Part shown: piece after piece, positions 17,981 through 26,803 of the stretch
How the letters are laid out: each line of letters begins with the position of its first letter
Position numbering within the stretch: position 1 is the first letter of the stretch
DNA from: Deltaproteobacteria bacterium
Lineage (GTDB): Bacteria; Desulfobacterota; Binatia; HRBIN30; JACQVA1
Assembly (NCBI GenBank): GCA_016178705.1
Contig: JACOST010000032.1
Coordinates: 152,448-216,447 of the forward strand
DNA length: 64,000 nt
Reading direction: 5' to 3'
Position numbers and translations under genes: made by a program
The notes under the pieces: model-generated
Database searches by the model: none
What the model saw: only the letters and a program-made list of their open reading frames with translations
Told to the model about the DNA's origin: nothing

Positions 17981-19699
17981 CTATCCGTTCGAGTCCCGCG
18001 CGAGCCGTATATCGCGCAGTCGCAACTGCAAGCGCGTCTCGCCGTTCCACTCGTCTTGCTGCGGTGAGTACAGAAGATCGACGGTCGCGCCTTCTGGCAC
18101 GTCGCGGTCGGCCATTCCGAAACCGATCGCACCAATGCCGCGGCCGTCGTGTTTGAGGTAGAGCCGCAAATGGTTCTCGCCGACGATCTTGCGCGAGGCC
18201 ACCGTCGCGCCGCGCGTGCAAAAGATCGGCTCGGGGTTGCCCATGCCGAATGGTTCGAGTCGATCGAGATCGTCCATCAAGGGCTGATCGATATCGCGAA
18301 ACGAGAGTTCGGCATCGACGGTGGTCTCCGGCACGAACTGCTCGGCGCGGGTGCGCGCGCGCACCGCCTCCTCGAACAACCCGGCGAAGTCGTCGACCTG
18401 CTCGGCGCGAATGCTCAACCCCGCGGCCATGCGATGACCGCCGAATCCTTCCAAGACCTCGCGGCAGGCGCCCATGGCTTCGTGCAAATTGAAGCCGCGG
18501 ATGCTGCGGCCTGAGCCGCGCCCGATGCCGGTGTCGAGATTCACCGCGATCAGGATCGTCGGCCGGTAGTAACGCTCGACCAAGCGCGACGCGACGATGC
18601 CGATCACGCCGGGGTGCCAGTCTTCCGATGCCAGCACGATGCTGCGACGCTCGGCGAAGTCGGGGGTCGCCTCGACCTGCGCGATCGCGTCGTTGAGGAT
18701 CTCGACCTCGATGGTCTGCCGTGCGCGGTTCTCTTGATCGAGTTCTTGCGCCAGTTGTTCGGCCCGCGCCTTGTCCGTGGTGGTGAGCAATTCCACCGAG
18801 CGCGTCGCGTCGGCGAGTCGTCCGCCGGCGTTGAGCCGCGGCGCGAGCCGAAAGCCCACTGTGCCGGTCGTGACATCCGCCACGCCGCTCACCGTCTTCA
18901 ACGCAATGATGCCCGGCCGCACGGACTGCGTCAGCTCACGCAGCCCATGCTTCACCAAGACGCGGTTTTCTTCGACGATCGGAACGATGTCGGCGATGGT
19001 CCCGAGCGTCACCAAATCGAGATAGCGGCGCAGGTCCGGGACTGCGGCACCGGACTCACGCAGACGCATCCGCACACCGAGCGCAAGATAGAAGGCAACG
19101 CCCGCGCCACACAGCCCGGCGAATGGAAAGCCGCTGTCGGGTTCGATCGGATTCAACACCGCGTGCGCCGGCAGCGGCGTGCCCGACACTTGGTGGTGAT
19201 CGCACACGATCGCGTCCATCCCTAACTCGCGTGCGAGCGCTAGCTCTCGGTGCGCAACGCCACCGCAGTCGACGGTGATCATCACGCGCGCGCCCTGCTC
19301 GGCCAAGCGGCGCACGCCGGGCTCGGTCACGCCGTAGCCATCATTCAAGCGATGGGGGATATGCAGCACCGGCTCGTGACCGAGCGCGCGCAGGAAGGTG
19401 ACCAGGATCGCGCTACCGCTGATGCCATCGACGTCGTAGTCACCGTAGATGCCGATGCGTTCGCTAGCGTTCACGGCGGCAACGACGCGCTCGGCGGCGC
19501 GTCCCATGTCGCGGAACAGCATCGGCGAGCGCAGATGCTCGGCCAGCTTAGAAGTGAGAAACGCGCTCGCCGCTTCGGGTGTGATCACGTCGCGGTTGAC
19601 CAGCAGGCGCGCCAGCAGCGGCGACACGCCCAGCGCGCCGCACAACTCCGCTTCCGGCTCGGGCCGGCGCGGAACGAGCATCCAGCGCCGGGCCGGCAT
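17981..19699 (-). CDS. recJ: single-stranded-DNA-specific exonuclease RecJ
   Basis: 572 aa; DHH motifs IGIYGDYDVDGISG, VDCG, VCDHHQ; DHHA1 GGHRMAAG. Confidence 0.92.
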   Translation of the reverse strand: MPARRWMLVPRRPEPEAELCGALGVSPLLARLLVNRDVITPEAASAFLTSKLAEHLRSPMLFRDMGRAAERVVAAVNASERIGIYGDYDVDGISGSAILVTFLRALGHEPVLHIPHRLNDGYGVTEPGVRRLAEQGARVMITVDCGGVAHRELALARELGMDAIVCDHHQVSGTPLPAHAVLNPIEPDSGFPFAGLCGAGVAFYLALGVRMRLRESGAAVPDLRRYLDLVTLGTIADIVPIVEENRVLVKHGLRELTQSVRPGIIALKTVSGVADVTTGTVGFRLAPRLNAGGRLADATRSVELLTTTDKARAEQLAQELDQENRARQTIEVEILNDAIAQVEATPDFAERRSIVLASEDWHPGVIGIVASRLVERYYRPTILIAVNLDTGIGRGSGRSIRGFNLHEAMGACREVLEGFGGHRMAAGLSIRAEQVDDFAGLFEEAVRARTRAEQFVPETTVDAELSFRDIDQPLMDDLDRLEPFGMGNPEPIFCTRGATVASRKIVGENHLRLYLKHDGRGIGAIGFGMADRDVPEGATVDLLYSPQQDEWNGETRLQLRLRDIRLARDSNG

Positions 19700-19718
19700 C
19701 AGCCTTCCAATTTAGGTT

Positions 19719-19760
19719 CCCTCTCCCTCGGGGCCCCCGGGGAGACGGTTAGGGTGAAGG
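19719..19760 (+). repeat. 33-nt palindromic repeat family, degenerate or expanded copy
   Basis: ccctctccctcggggcccccggggagacggttagggtgaagg compared with consensus ccctctccctctgggagagggctggggtgaggg. Confidence 0.5.
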
Positions 19761-19787
19761 AAGCAAAGCAGCGCCGGTGCTCACATA

Positions 19788-19820
19788 CCCTCACCCCCGC
19801 CGTCGCCCAAAGGGAGAGGG
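19788..19820 (-). repeat. 33-nt palindromic repeat family copy
   Basis: ccctcacccccgccgtcgcccaaagggagaggg is the reverse orientation of the consensus; lies 27 nt from the inverted copy at 19719. Confidence 0.6.
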
Positions 19821-19859
19821 AGTCGGAGCCGAGCAGCGCCGCCGCGTACATTTGAACGA

Positions 19860-20768
19860 CTACCGCTTCCCTCGTCCAGCGGGGGCGCGCTCGAATGCCA
19901 GCACGATCGGGCTGGCGATGAAGATCGATGAGTACGTTCCGGTGATGAAGCCGATCACCAGCGCAAAGGCGAAGCCGTTGATGACGCTGCCGCCGAGGAA
20001 GTAGAGCGCCAACGTCACCAGCAACGCCGTGCCCGAAGTCAGGATGGTACGGCTGAGTGTTTCGTTGATGGAGCTGTTGATGATCTGCGCCATCGACTCG
20101 CGCCGACTCTTGCGCATGTTCTCGCGAATGCGGTCGGAGACGATCACCGTGTCATGCACCGAGTAGCCGACCACCGTGAGCAGCGCGGCGACGATCGTCA
20201 GATCGATCTCGTAGTGCATCACCACCAGCGCGCCGAGCGTGATCAGCACGTCGTGCACCAGCGCCACCGCGGCACCGACGCCGAAGCGCCACTGAAAGCG
20301 AAGCCAGATATACGACGCCATCATCATGGTCGAGAAGCACACCGCCAGGATGGCCTTGCGGCGCAAATCACTGCCGACGCGCGGGCCGACCGACTCGACG
20401 CGCAGCACTTCGACTTGGCCCTGACCGAATTTGGAACTGAGACTGTCGGTGATTTGCACCGCCGCCTTCGCCGTCTCCTCTCCGGTCATCGGCAAGCGGA
20501 TCAGAAACTCGCCGGCCGCGCCAAAGTCCTGGATCGTGACGTCACCGAATTCAGCGCTCGCCAGGGCACCACGCACATCGCTGACCGACGGCGGGGTCTT
20601 GAACTTCACCTGCATAACCGTGCCGCCGGAAAAATCGACGCCGTAGTTCGGGCCGCCCCGCGCGATCAAGAACAGCACGACGGCGAGATTGAGGATGGTC
20701 GAGACGATGACCGCATAGTAGCGGATGCCAACGAAATCGAAATTGGTGCCGGGTTTGATCAGTTCCAT
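19860..20768 (-). CDS. secF: protein translocase subunit SecF
   Basis: 302 aa; typical SecF TM layout; follows secD. Confidence 0.92.
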   Translation of the reverse strand: MELIKPGTNFDFVGIRYYAVIVSTILNLAVVLFLIARGGPNYGVDFSGGTVMQVKFKTPPSVSDVRGALASAEFGDVTIQDFGAAGEFLIRLPMTGEETAKAAVQITDSLSSKFGQGQVEVLRVESVGPRVGSDLRRKAILAVCFSTMMMASYIWLRFQWRFGVGAAVALVHDVLITLGALVVMHYEIDLTIVAALLTVVGYSVHDTVIVSDRIRENMRKSRRESMAQIINSSINETLSRTILTSGTALLVTLALYFLGGSVINGFAFALVIGFITGTYSSIFIASPIVLAFERAPAGRGKR

Positions 20769-20771
20769 GGC

Positions 20772-22331
20772 TTACACACTCACGGTCTGCAGCCGTCGTT
20801 GGCTGAGCAAGTAGTCATACACCACGCGCGTTCCGACCACCGCGGTGAACAAGCTGGTCGCGATGCCGATGCAGAGCGTGACGGCAAAGCCCTTCACCGG
20901 CCCGGAGCCGAACTGGAACAGGATGATACCGGAGAGGAACGTCGTCGTATTGGAGTCGAGAATGGCCGGGAGCGCCCGCTTGTATCCGGCGTCGATCGCG
21001 GCGCGCGCGGTCTTACCCAGGCGCAGCTCCTCACGGATGCGCTCGTTGATCAGCACGTTCGCATCCACCGCCATACCCAAGGTGAGCACGATGCCGGCGA
21101 TGCCGGGCAACGTCAGGGTTGCGCCGAGCGCGGCCAGCGCGGCCAGAGAGAACAACACGTTGAGTACCAGCGCGGAGTCGGCGATCACCCCCGCACCCTT
21201 GTAGTACACCAGCATGAACACGACGACGAGGCTGCCACCGACAACGAACGAGAGCACGCCCTGTCGAATGGAATCCTTGCCGAGTGAAGGGCCGACAGTC
21301 CGCTCTTCGGCGGGATGGACGGGAGCCGGCAACGCGCCGGTGCGCAGCACCAGCGCGAGATCGCGCGCTTCCTTCAGTTCGAAGTTACCGGTGATGATTC
21401 CGCGCTCGCTGATGCGATCGTTGATGCGCGGGGCCGACTGCACCACCCCGTCGAGGATGATCGCCAGTTGGCGACCGACGTTGTTGCCGGTGAGTTCTTC
21501 GAAGATTTTGGCGCCGCGCGGGTTCAACTCGAACTCGACGTGTGCCCCTTGCGTGGCGGTCGGGGGACGCGGCCGGGCATTGCTGATGGCGTCTCCGGTC
21601 ATCAGCGTACGGGGCTCGACTTTAATCTCACTGCGCGTGACCCGCCCGGTGACGGCGTCGCGATCGTGCAACGGCATCGTGACCGCGCCGGCAGCCGACG
21701 CATCCTTGGGGACGAGTTTGAACTCGAGCAGCGCGGTCTTACCGATGAGCGCCTTGGCGCGTTCGGGATCCTGGATGCCGGGCAACTGCACCAGAATGTC
21801 GCGATCGCCTTCGCGCTGGACAATCGGCTCGGCGACACCGAACTGATCGACGCGGTTGCGCATGATTTCGAGCGATTGGTCGAGGGCGCTCTCGCGGATG
21901 TCGCGGATCGTCACCTTCGTCATTCTCGCACGGACGACGCCCTCGCTGCTGTCGGTTTCGATCGAGAGATTGGGGAAGTGATCGGAGATCACTTTCTCCA
22001 GCGCGTCCTTCTTGGCCGGGTCGCTGAGCTGGGCGGTGATGATTTCGTTCTGCACGCTCACGCTGCTGAGGCCGATCTGCTCGTTCTTCGCGTCAGTCTT
22101 CAGTTCGTCGGCCGCGCGTTCGAGATGATTCTCGATCGCCTTGTCGACATCCACGGTGTAGACCAAGTGCGTCCCACCTTGGAGATCGAGGCCGAGCCGA
22201 ATTGGGGCGGGCAAGAACCCGGGCCAACCATCGGGCTTCGCGCCGAAGTAAGTCGGCACCAACATCACCACCGCGGCCACGATCATGGCCGCGACGAGTC
22301 CTATCCGCATCCACAGATTTTGCGAGTTCAC
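20772..22331 (-). CDS. secD: protein translocase subunit SecD
   Basis: 519 aa; LGLDLQGG, periplasmic domain, C-terminal 5-TM block LPGIAGIVLTLGMAVDANVLI. Confidence 0.92.
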   Translation of the reverse strand: MNSQNLWMRIGLVAAMIVAAVVMLVPTYFGAKPDGWPGFLPAPIRLGLDLQGGTHLVYTVDVDKAIENHLERAADELKTDAKNEQIGLSSVSVQNEIITAQLSDPAKKDALEKVISDHFPNLSIETDSSEGVVRARMTKVTIRDIRESALDQSLEIMRNRVDQFGVAEPIVQREGDRDILVQLPGIQDPERAKALIGKTALLEFKLVPKDASAAGAVTMPLHDRDAVTGRVTRSEIKVEPRTLMTGDAISNARPRPPTATQGAHVEFELNPRGAKIFEELTGNNVGRQLAIILDGVVQSAPRINDRISERGIITGNFELKEARDLALVLRTGALPAPVHPAEERTVGPSLGKDSIRQGVLSFVVGGSLVVVFMLVYYKGAGVIADSALVLNVLFSLAALAALGATLTLPGIAGIVLTLGMAVDANVLINERIREELRLGKTARAAIDAGYKRALPAILDSNTTTFLSGIILFQFGSGPVKGFAVTLCIGIATSLFTAVVGTRVVYDYLLSQRRLQTVSV

Positions 22332-22678
22332 TTGTCTTTATCCTTCGCCTTGGGGTCGTCTTTCGACTTCGGTTCGTCTTTACGCGCAAGCGAAGCGATC
22401 TGCGGCCGATCGACGCGTACACGCACGTTGGGAGCGACTTCGAGCGTTACGATCTGGGTTTCGATGGTGATCACGCGCCCGTACAAGCCACCGGTGGTGA
22501 TCACCTCATCGTTCTTCTTGAGATTCTCGAGCATCAGGCGATGCTCCTTCTGCTTCTGTTGCTGCGGGCGGATCAGCAAGAAGTAGAAGACGACGAACAC
22601 CAGCAGCAGCGGCGCGAAGCTCACCAACGCCGGCGGCGCGCCACCCGGTCCGGCCTGTGCCCAGGCGGTATCGATCAT
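22328..22678 (-). CDS. yajC: preprotein translocase subunit YajC
   Basis: Start at M16 of ORF 22328..22723 (ATGA overlap with the tgt stop); FAPLLLVFVVFYFLLIRPQQKK..GGLYGRV. Confidence 0.85.
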   Translation of the reverse strand: MIDTAWAQAGPGGAPPALVSFAPLLLVFVVFYFLLIRPQQQKQKEHRLMLENLKKNDEVITTGGLYGRVITIETQIVTLEVAPNVRVRVDRPQIASLARKDEPKSKDDPKAKDKDK

Positions 22679-23826
22679 GCATCTGCTCCCTGTTCGAGGC
22701 GCGCGATGCGCGCGGTGGCCCATTCGGCAAAGCTACCCGCCGCGATCTGCGCCCGCATCTGGCGCATCAAGTCGAGATAGAAGTGGAGGTTGTGCAGCGA
22801 GTTGAGCTGCGGGCCGAGCATCTCGCGGCTCGCCGCCAAGTGGCGGAGGTAGGCGCGCGAGAAGGTGCGGCAGGCGTAGCAGCCGCAGCTCGCGTCCACC
22901 GGTTCGGGATCGCGCGCGTAACGCGCCAGGCGGATGTTCATCGGACCGTCCCACGTAAACAGCATGCCGTTGCGCCCGTTGCGCGTCGGCATGACACAAT
23001 CGAACAGGTCGTAGCCCATTCCGACGAAGCGGATGAGGTCCTCCGGCCGGCCGACGCCCATCAGGTAGCGCGGCGCACGGGCCGGCAAAGCGGCCGCAGT
23101 CGCCGCAGCCACGTCGCGAGTCATTTCCACAGCTTCTCCCACACTCAATCCGCCCACCGCATAGCCTGGAAACCCCAGCGCGACAAGTTCCGCAGCGCAC
23201 TGTTCGCGCAGATCGCCAAACACACCGCCTTGCACGATCCCGAATAGGACCTGGCCCTCGTTCAGCGCCACGGTCTGCGAACGGCCGGCCCACCGGAGCG
23301 TGCGCGCCATCGCACGTTGGGCATCGGCGCGAGCGACCGGTGCCGGGAGGCACTCATCGAGTGGCATGAGGATATCGACACCCAGGCGCAGTTGAATCGT
23401 GATGACGTCTTCCGGACGCAGGGCGAGCTTGGCGCCATCGATGTGCGAGCGGAACTCCACGCCCTCTTCGCTCACTTTGCGCAGCGGTGCCAGGCTGAAG
23501 ACCTGATAGCCGCCACTGTCGGTGAGGATCGGACCGTTCCACCCCATGAAGCGGTGCAACCCCCCCTGCCCTTCGATCAACTCGACGCCCGGACGCAACG
23601 CCAAGTGATACGCATTGGCGAGAATGATCTGTGCGCCGATCTCGCCGAGTTGCGAGGGCGTGATGCCCTTGACCGTTCCCGCCGTCGCCACCGGCATGAA
23701 GTTCGGCGTCGACACCAGGCCGTGCGCGGTGGTGAGCGTTCCGCAGCGGGCGGTGCGCCCGTCACCGGGTTGATCGACGGCAAAGAACGGCGGAGCGCTG
23801 GCGGCGGTGGGCACGGCGCAGCTCAT
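22675..23826 (-). CDS. tgt: tRNA-guanine transglycosylase
   Basis: 383 aa; TPNFMPVAT, DCVMPTRNGRNG, zinc site CGCYACRTFSRAYLRHL. Confidence 0.92.
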   Translation of the reverse strand: MSCAVPTAASAPPFFAVDQPGDGRTARCGTLTTAHGLVSTPNFMPVATAGTVKGITPSQLGEIGAQIILANAYHLALRPGVELIEGQGGLHRFMGWNGPILTDSGGYQVFSLAPLRKVSEEGVEFRSHIDGAKLALRPEDVITIQLRLGVDILMPLDECLPAPVARADAQRAMARTLRWAGRSQTVALNEGQVLFGIVQGGVFGDLREQCAAELVALGFPGYAVGGLSVGEAVEMTRDVAAATAAALPARAPRYLMGVGRPEDLIRFVGMGYDLFDCVMPTRNGRNGMLFTWDGPMNIRLARYARDPEPVDASCGCYACRTFSRAYLRHLAASREMLGPQLNSLHNLHFYLDLMRQMRAQIAAGSFAEWATARIARLEQGADA

Positions 23827-24923
23827 TGAATCAACATCGCATCGCCGTAGCTGTAGAATCGGTAGCGCTGCCGCACGGCATCTTCGTACACGGCGAGCGT
23901 TTGCTCGCGGCCGGCGAACGCACTGACGAGTGCCAGCAACGTCGACCCCGGCAAATGAAAATTGGTGAACAGCGCATCGATCACGCGAAAGCGATGACCG
24001 GGGCGAATGAACTGATCCGCCCAGCGCGCGCCGGCGCGCAGCGTACCCGCCGCGTCAACCGAAGACTCCAGGGCGCGCGTCGTCGTCGTACCGACCGCCA
24101 CGATGCGTCGGCCATCGCGGCGCGTCTCGGTGATCCGCGCCGCCGTCGCCTCGGGAATCTCGCACCACTCGGCGTCCATGACATGATCGTTCAAGTCATC
24201 GCCCCGCACCGGCAGAAACGTTCCCGGTCCGACGTGGAGCGTCACGAAGACGGTCGCGGCGCCCACTGCACGCAAGCCATTGAGCAGCGCGGGCGTGAAG
24301 TGCAAGCCCGCCGTCGGCGCGGCAATCGCACCGGGCTGCGACGCGTACACTGTTTGATAGCGCTCACGATCGAACGGCAGCGGTCCGTCCGGCCGCTTGA
24401 TGTACGGCGGCAACGGCACTTCACCGTGCGCGGCGAGGAGCGCGAGCACATCGTCAGTGTCGAAGGTGACATCGTAGCGACCGTCGCCGTGAGCGGCGCA
24501 AACAACCGCCGACGCGGCATCAGCGAAGCGCAGTTCAACGCCCGGCCGCAGTCGCTTGCTCGGTCGCCCCAGGCACTCCCACTCCGCCCCCTCTCCCTCT
24601 GGGAGAGGGCTGGGGTGAGGGCTTCTTCGCCAAATCACGAGCAGCTCGACGGCGGCGCCGGCGCTGGTTCGGCCGTACAGACGCGCCGGGATGACCTTGG
24701 TGTCGTTGAACACGAACACGTCGCCCGGGCGAACGAAACGAGCGAGGTCGGCGACGTGCGTGTGCGTGCGCGCAGCCGAGCCGCGATCCCAGACCAAAAG
24801 ACGCGCCTGCGAACGACCTACTGCCGGTTCCTGAGCGATCAATTCGGGAGGCAGGTCGAACTGGAAGTCGCCGAGAGAGAGGCGGGACGGTTCGGCACCG
24901 GCGATGTGAACAGCACTCTGCAT
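23823..24923 (-). CDS. queA: S-adenosylmethionine:tRNA ribosyltransferase-isomerase
   Basis: LGDFQFDLPPELIAQEP, FNDTKVIPARL, PLPPYIKRP. Start taken at M20; the ORF extends to 24980. Confidence 0.88.
   Translation of the reverse strand: MQSAVHIAGAEPSRLSLGDFQFDLPPELIAQEPAVGRSQARLLVWDRGSAARTHTHVADLARFVRPGDVFVFNDTKVIPARLYGRTSAGAAVELLVIWRRSPHPSPLPEGEGAEWECLGRPSKRLRPGVELRFADAASAVVCAAHGDGRYDVTFDTDDVLALLAAHGEVPLPPYIKRPDGPLPFDRERYQTVYASQPGAIAAPTAGLHFTPALLNGLRAVGAATVFVTLHVGPGTFLPVRGDDLNDHVMDAEWCEIPEATAARITETRRDGRRIVAVGTTTTRALESSVDAAGTLRAGARWADQFIRPGHRFRVIDALFTNFHLPGSTLLALVSAFAGREQTLAVYEDAVRQRYRFYSYGDAMLIQ
24589..24621 (+). repeat. 33-nt palindromic repeat family copy, in frame inside queA
   Basis: ccctctccctctgggagagggctggggtgaggg; read on the minus strand as [11 protein letters not shown]. 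Confidence 0.7.
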
Positions 24924-25046
24924 TTGGCTCGCAAAAAGAAGGGCACCGCAGGGGTGCCCGTCGTGTGCGTTGAAAATCACATGCCCGGAAACGAGTCAAG
25001 GCGCGCGGGGTCGAACCGATGCATCCATCCGCCGGCAATCTTCGTA

Positions 25047-25607
25047 ATGAGGGGTGAGATGACCAGAGCGAGCCAGGCCGGGTTACTAGCCCTGCGACTG
25101 ATGCTGATGAGTCGGATCGCCATAGCCGCCGAACCGTCTGGCTCGCCGATGGCTCGCGAGTCGCTCACAATGTGCGAACGGGCGGAGGATCTCACCGACA
25201 CCGAGAAACCTGTCATCCTCGATCGCGGCTTGCAGCTTGCCGAGGCGGCGGTCGCCGCTGATTCGGGCGATGCCAGAGCTCACTTCGCCGTCTTCTGCAA
25301 CCTCGGCAAGCAGGCAGAGCTGGCCGGGCTCGGCCTCAACAGCCTCGCCACCGTCCGTCGTCTGCGACAGGAACTTGATCTGGCGCTCGGTCTCAGTCCC
25401 GACGATGCCGATGCGCTCGCGGCCAAGGGCGCCCTACTCCTCAATCTGCCACGGTTGTTGGGAGGCGATCCGGCTGCGGCCGAACAGTTGCTGCGTCGAG
25501 CTGTCGTGCTCAATCCGCAGAACGCCGCAGCCCGGCGCTACCTCGCGCAAGCGCTCGTGGGGCGGGGTAGCTGTGACGAAACCTTCGCACAGGTTGCGTG
25601 TCGTTGA
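25047..25607 (+). CDS. small secreted TPR-like protein
   Basis: C-terminal 186 codons of ORF 23826..25607 (the rest is antisense to queA); hydrophobic N-terminus; helical TPR-like AEQLLRRAVVLNPQNAAARRYLAQAL. Confidence 0.6.
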   Translation: MRGEMTRASQAGLLALRLMLMSRIAIAAEPSGSPMARESLTMCERAEDLTDTEKPVILDRGLQLAEAAVAADSGDARAHFAVFCNLGKQAELAGLGLNSLATVRRLRQELDLALGLSPDDADALAAKGALLLNLPRLLGGDPAAAEQLLRRAVVLNPQNAAARRYLAQALVGRGSCDETFAQVACR

Positions 25608-25616
25608 GTCGATCGC

Positions 25617-26621
25617 TCACGCCACCGGTTCGGATTGCGCCTCACCCCTCGCACGCAATACGTCTTCGATCCGCACGCCGGCGAACGGCAGCGCGATCAC
25701 TCCTTGGCCGATCAAGCTCGCGAGCTGAATTGCGTTGAGCACCACTCCGTAGGCGAGGGCGTCAGCCGCCGGCACGCCGAACAATGCGAGCGCGAGCTGA
25801 CAGGCGTACTGGTACGTCCCGATCATACCCGGCGCTTGCGGCAGGGCAGTGCCAAAACCAATGAAGATGAACACGATCACGGCGGCGTTGAAGGGCACGG
25901 CGAAGCTGAAGGCGCGGATGACGACGTAGCTCGATAAGATCGGCAGGAACCACAGCGCCAGCGACATCACGAACACCAAGCCGAGCAGTCGCCGGTCGGG
26001 CAGGATCTGCATGCCGGCGACGACCGCCTTGAGGAACCGCATCAGCCCGACGCCGAAACGCTCGGGAAGCAACCGCACGACCGCGCGCTCGAAGAACGCT
26101 TCACCACGCCACCACAAGAGCAGCACCAGCGTCACCAACACTGCGGCGCCCACGGCTGGGAACAACGCGCCGCGCCGTACCCACACCGGTAGATCGGCGG
26201 TCGTCAGCAGGCCGAGCAGGATGTAGAAAAGGATGACCACCGAATCCATCGTCTTCTCGACCACGAGATTGCCGACAACGTTGGAGAAGCTCACCGCGCT
26301 ACGGCGCGACAGCAGCCATGGCCGCACTACTTCACCCATGCGCGCCGGCAACACGTTGATGGCCATGTACGCGACACTGGTGATGACCCATAGCGGAGCC
26401 AGCGCGATGTGGGTCAGTGGCCGTAGCTCCAACTGCCAGCGCCAGGCGCGAAAGATTTGCAACATAATACTGATGGCAAACGCCGGCACCAACCACCGCG
26501 CATCGAAGCGGCCGAACGCGGCGCCGAGATCCGCCAACGGCACGTTGCGAAACGCAAGATAGAGGAACAGCGCGCTGACGACGAGACTGAGGACGATGTT
26601 GCGGAACGTGCGTGCGTTCAT
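25617..26621 (-). CDS. UPF0104 / lysyl-PG-synthase-TM-family (flippase-like, HpnL-like) membrane protein
   Basis: Start at M44 (MNARTFRNIVLSLVVSALFLYLAF..RAWRWQ); about 8 TM helices; the upstream ORF extension is made of repeat sequence. Confidence 0.75.
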   Translation of the reverse strand: MNARTFRNIVLSLVVSALFLYLAFRNVPLADLGAAFGRFDARWLVPAFAISIMLQIFRAWRWQLELRPLTHIALAPLWVITSVAYMAINVLPARMGEVVRPWLLSRRSAVSFSNVVGNLVVEKTMDSVVILFYILLGLLTTADLPVWVRRGALFPAVGAAVLVTLVLLLWWRGEAFFERAVVRLLPERFGVGLMRFLKAVVAGMQILPDRRLLGLVFVMSLALWFLPILSSYVVIRAFSFAVPFNAAVIVFIFIGFGTALPQAPGMIGTYQYACQLALALFGVPAADALAYGVVLNAIQLASLIGQGVIALPFAGVRIEDVLRARGEAQSEPVA

Positions 26622-26677
26622 GCGTGCCAGAACCTGCCCCAGGTGAGGGTTTGGCGCAAGCTCAGCCTTGTCCGACT

Positions 26678-26759
26678 GTAGGGGCGACGCATGCGTCGCC
26701 CGCGAACTAGCAGGTTCGCCACGGTTGAAGACGGAGGGCGATGCATGCATCGCCCCTAC
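26678..26759. repeat. 82-nt composite element: two 24-nt units (GTAG + perfect 20-nt palindrome) inverted, 34-nt spacer
   Basis: gtaggggcgacgcatgcgtcgccc (26678-26701) and gggcgatgcatgcatcgcccctac (26736-26759); same 24+34+24 architecture at 60557..60638. Confidence 0.7.
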
Positions 26760-26803
26760 GCTTCAGAGACAATCGACGGTCTCTGCGAAGGAAGCGGAAG
26801 GAG

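Noticed and set aside
16963-18156. 397-aa plus-strand ORF
   Set aside because: Spans the antisense of two minus-strand genes and the intergenic DNA between them. Arg-rich, no motifs.
20154-22586. Plus-strand ORFs 20154..21287 and 21315..22586
   Set aside because: Antisense to secF, secD and yajC, which have unambiguous motifs and membrane topology.
23826-25046. N-terminal 407 codons of plus-strand ORF 23826..25607
   Set aside because: Antisense to queA. Only the last 186 codons (25047..25607), which lie outside queA, look like a real gene.
26622-26750. N-terminal extension MHASPSVFNRGEPASSRATHASPLQ.. of the flippase-like gene
   Set aside because: Encoded by the palindromic composite repeat. 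The hydrophobic protein proper starts at M44 (26621).
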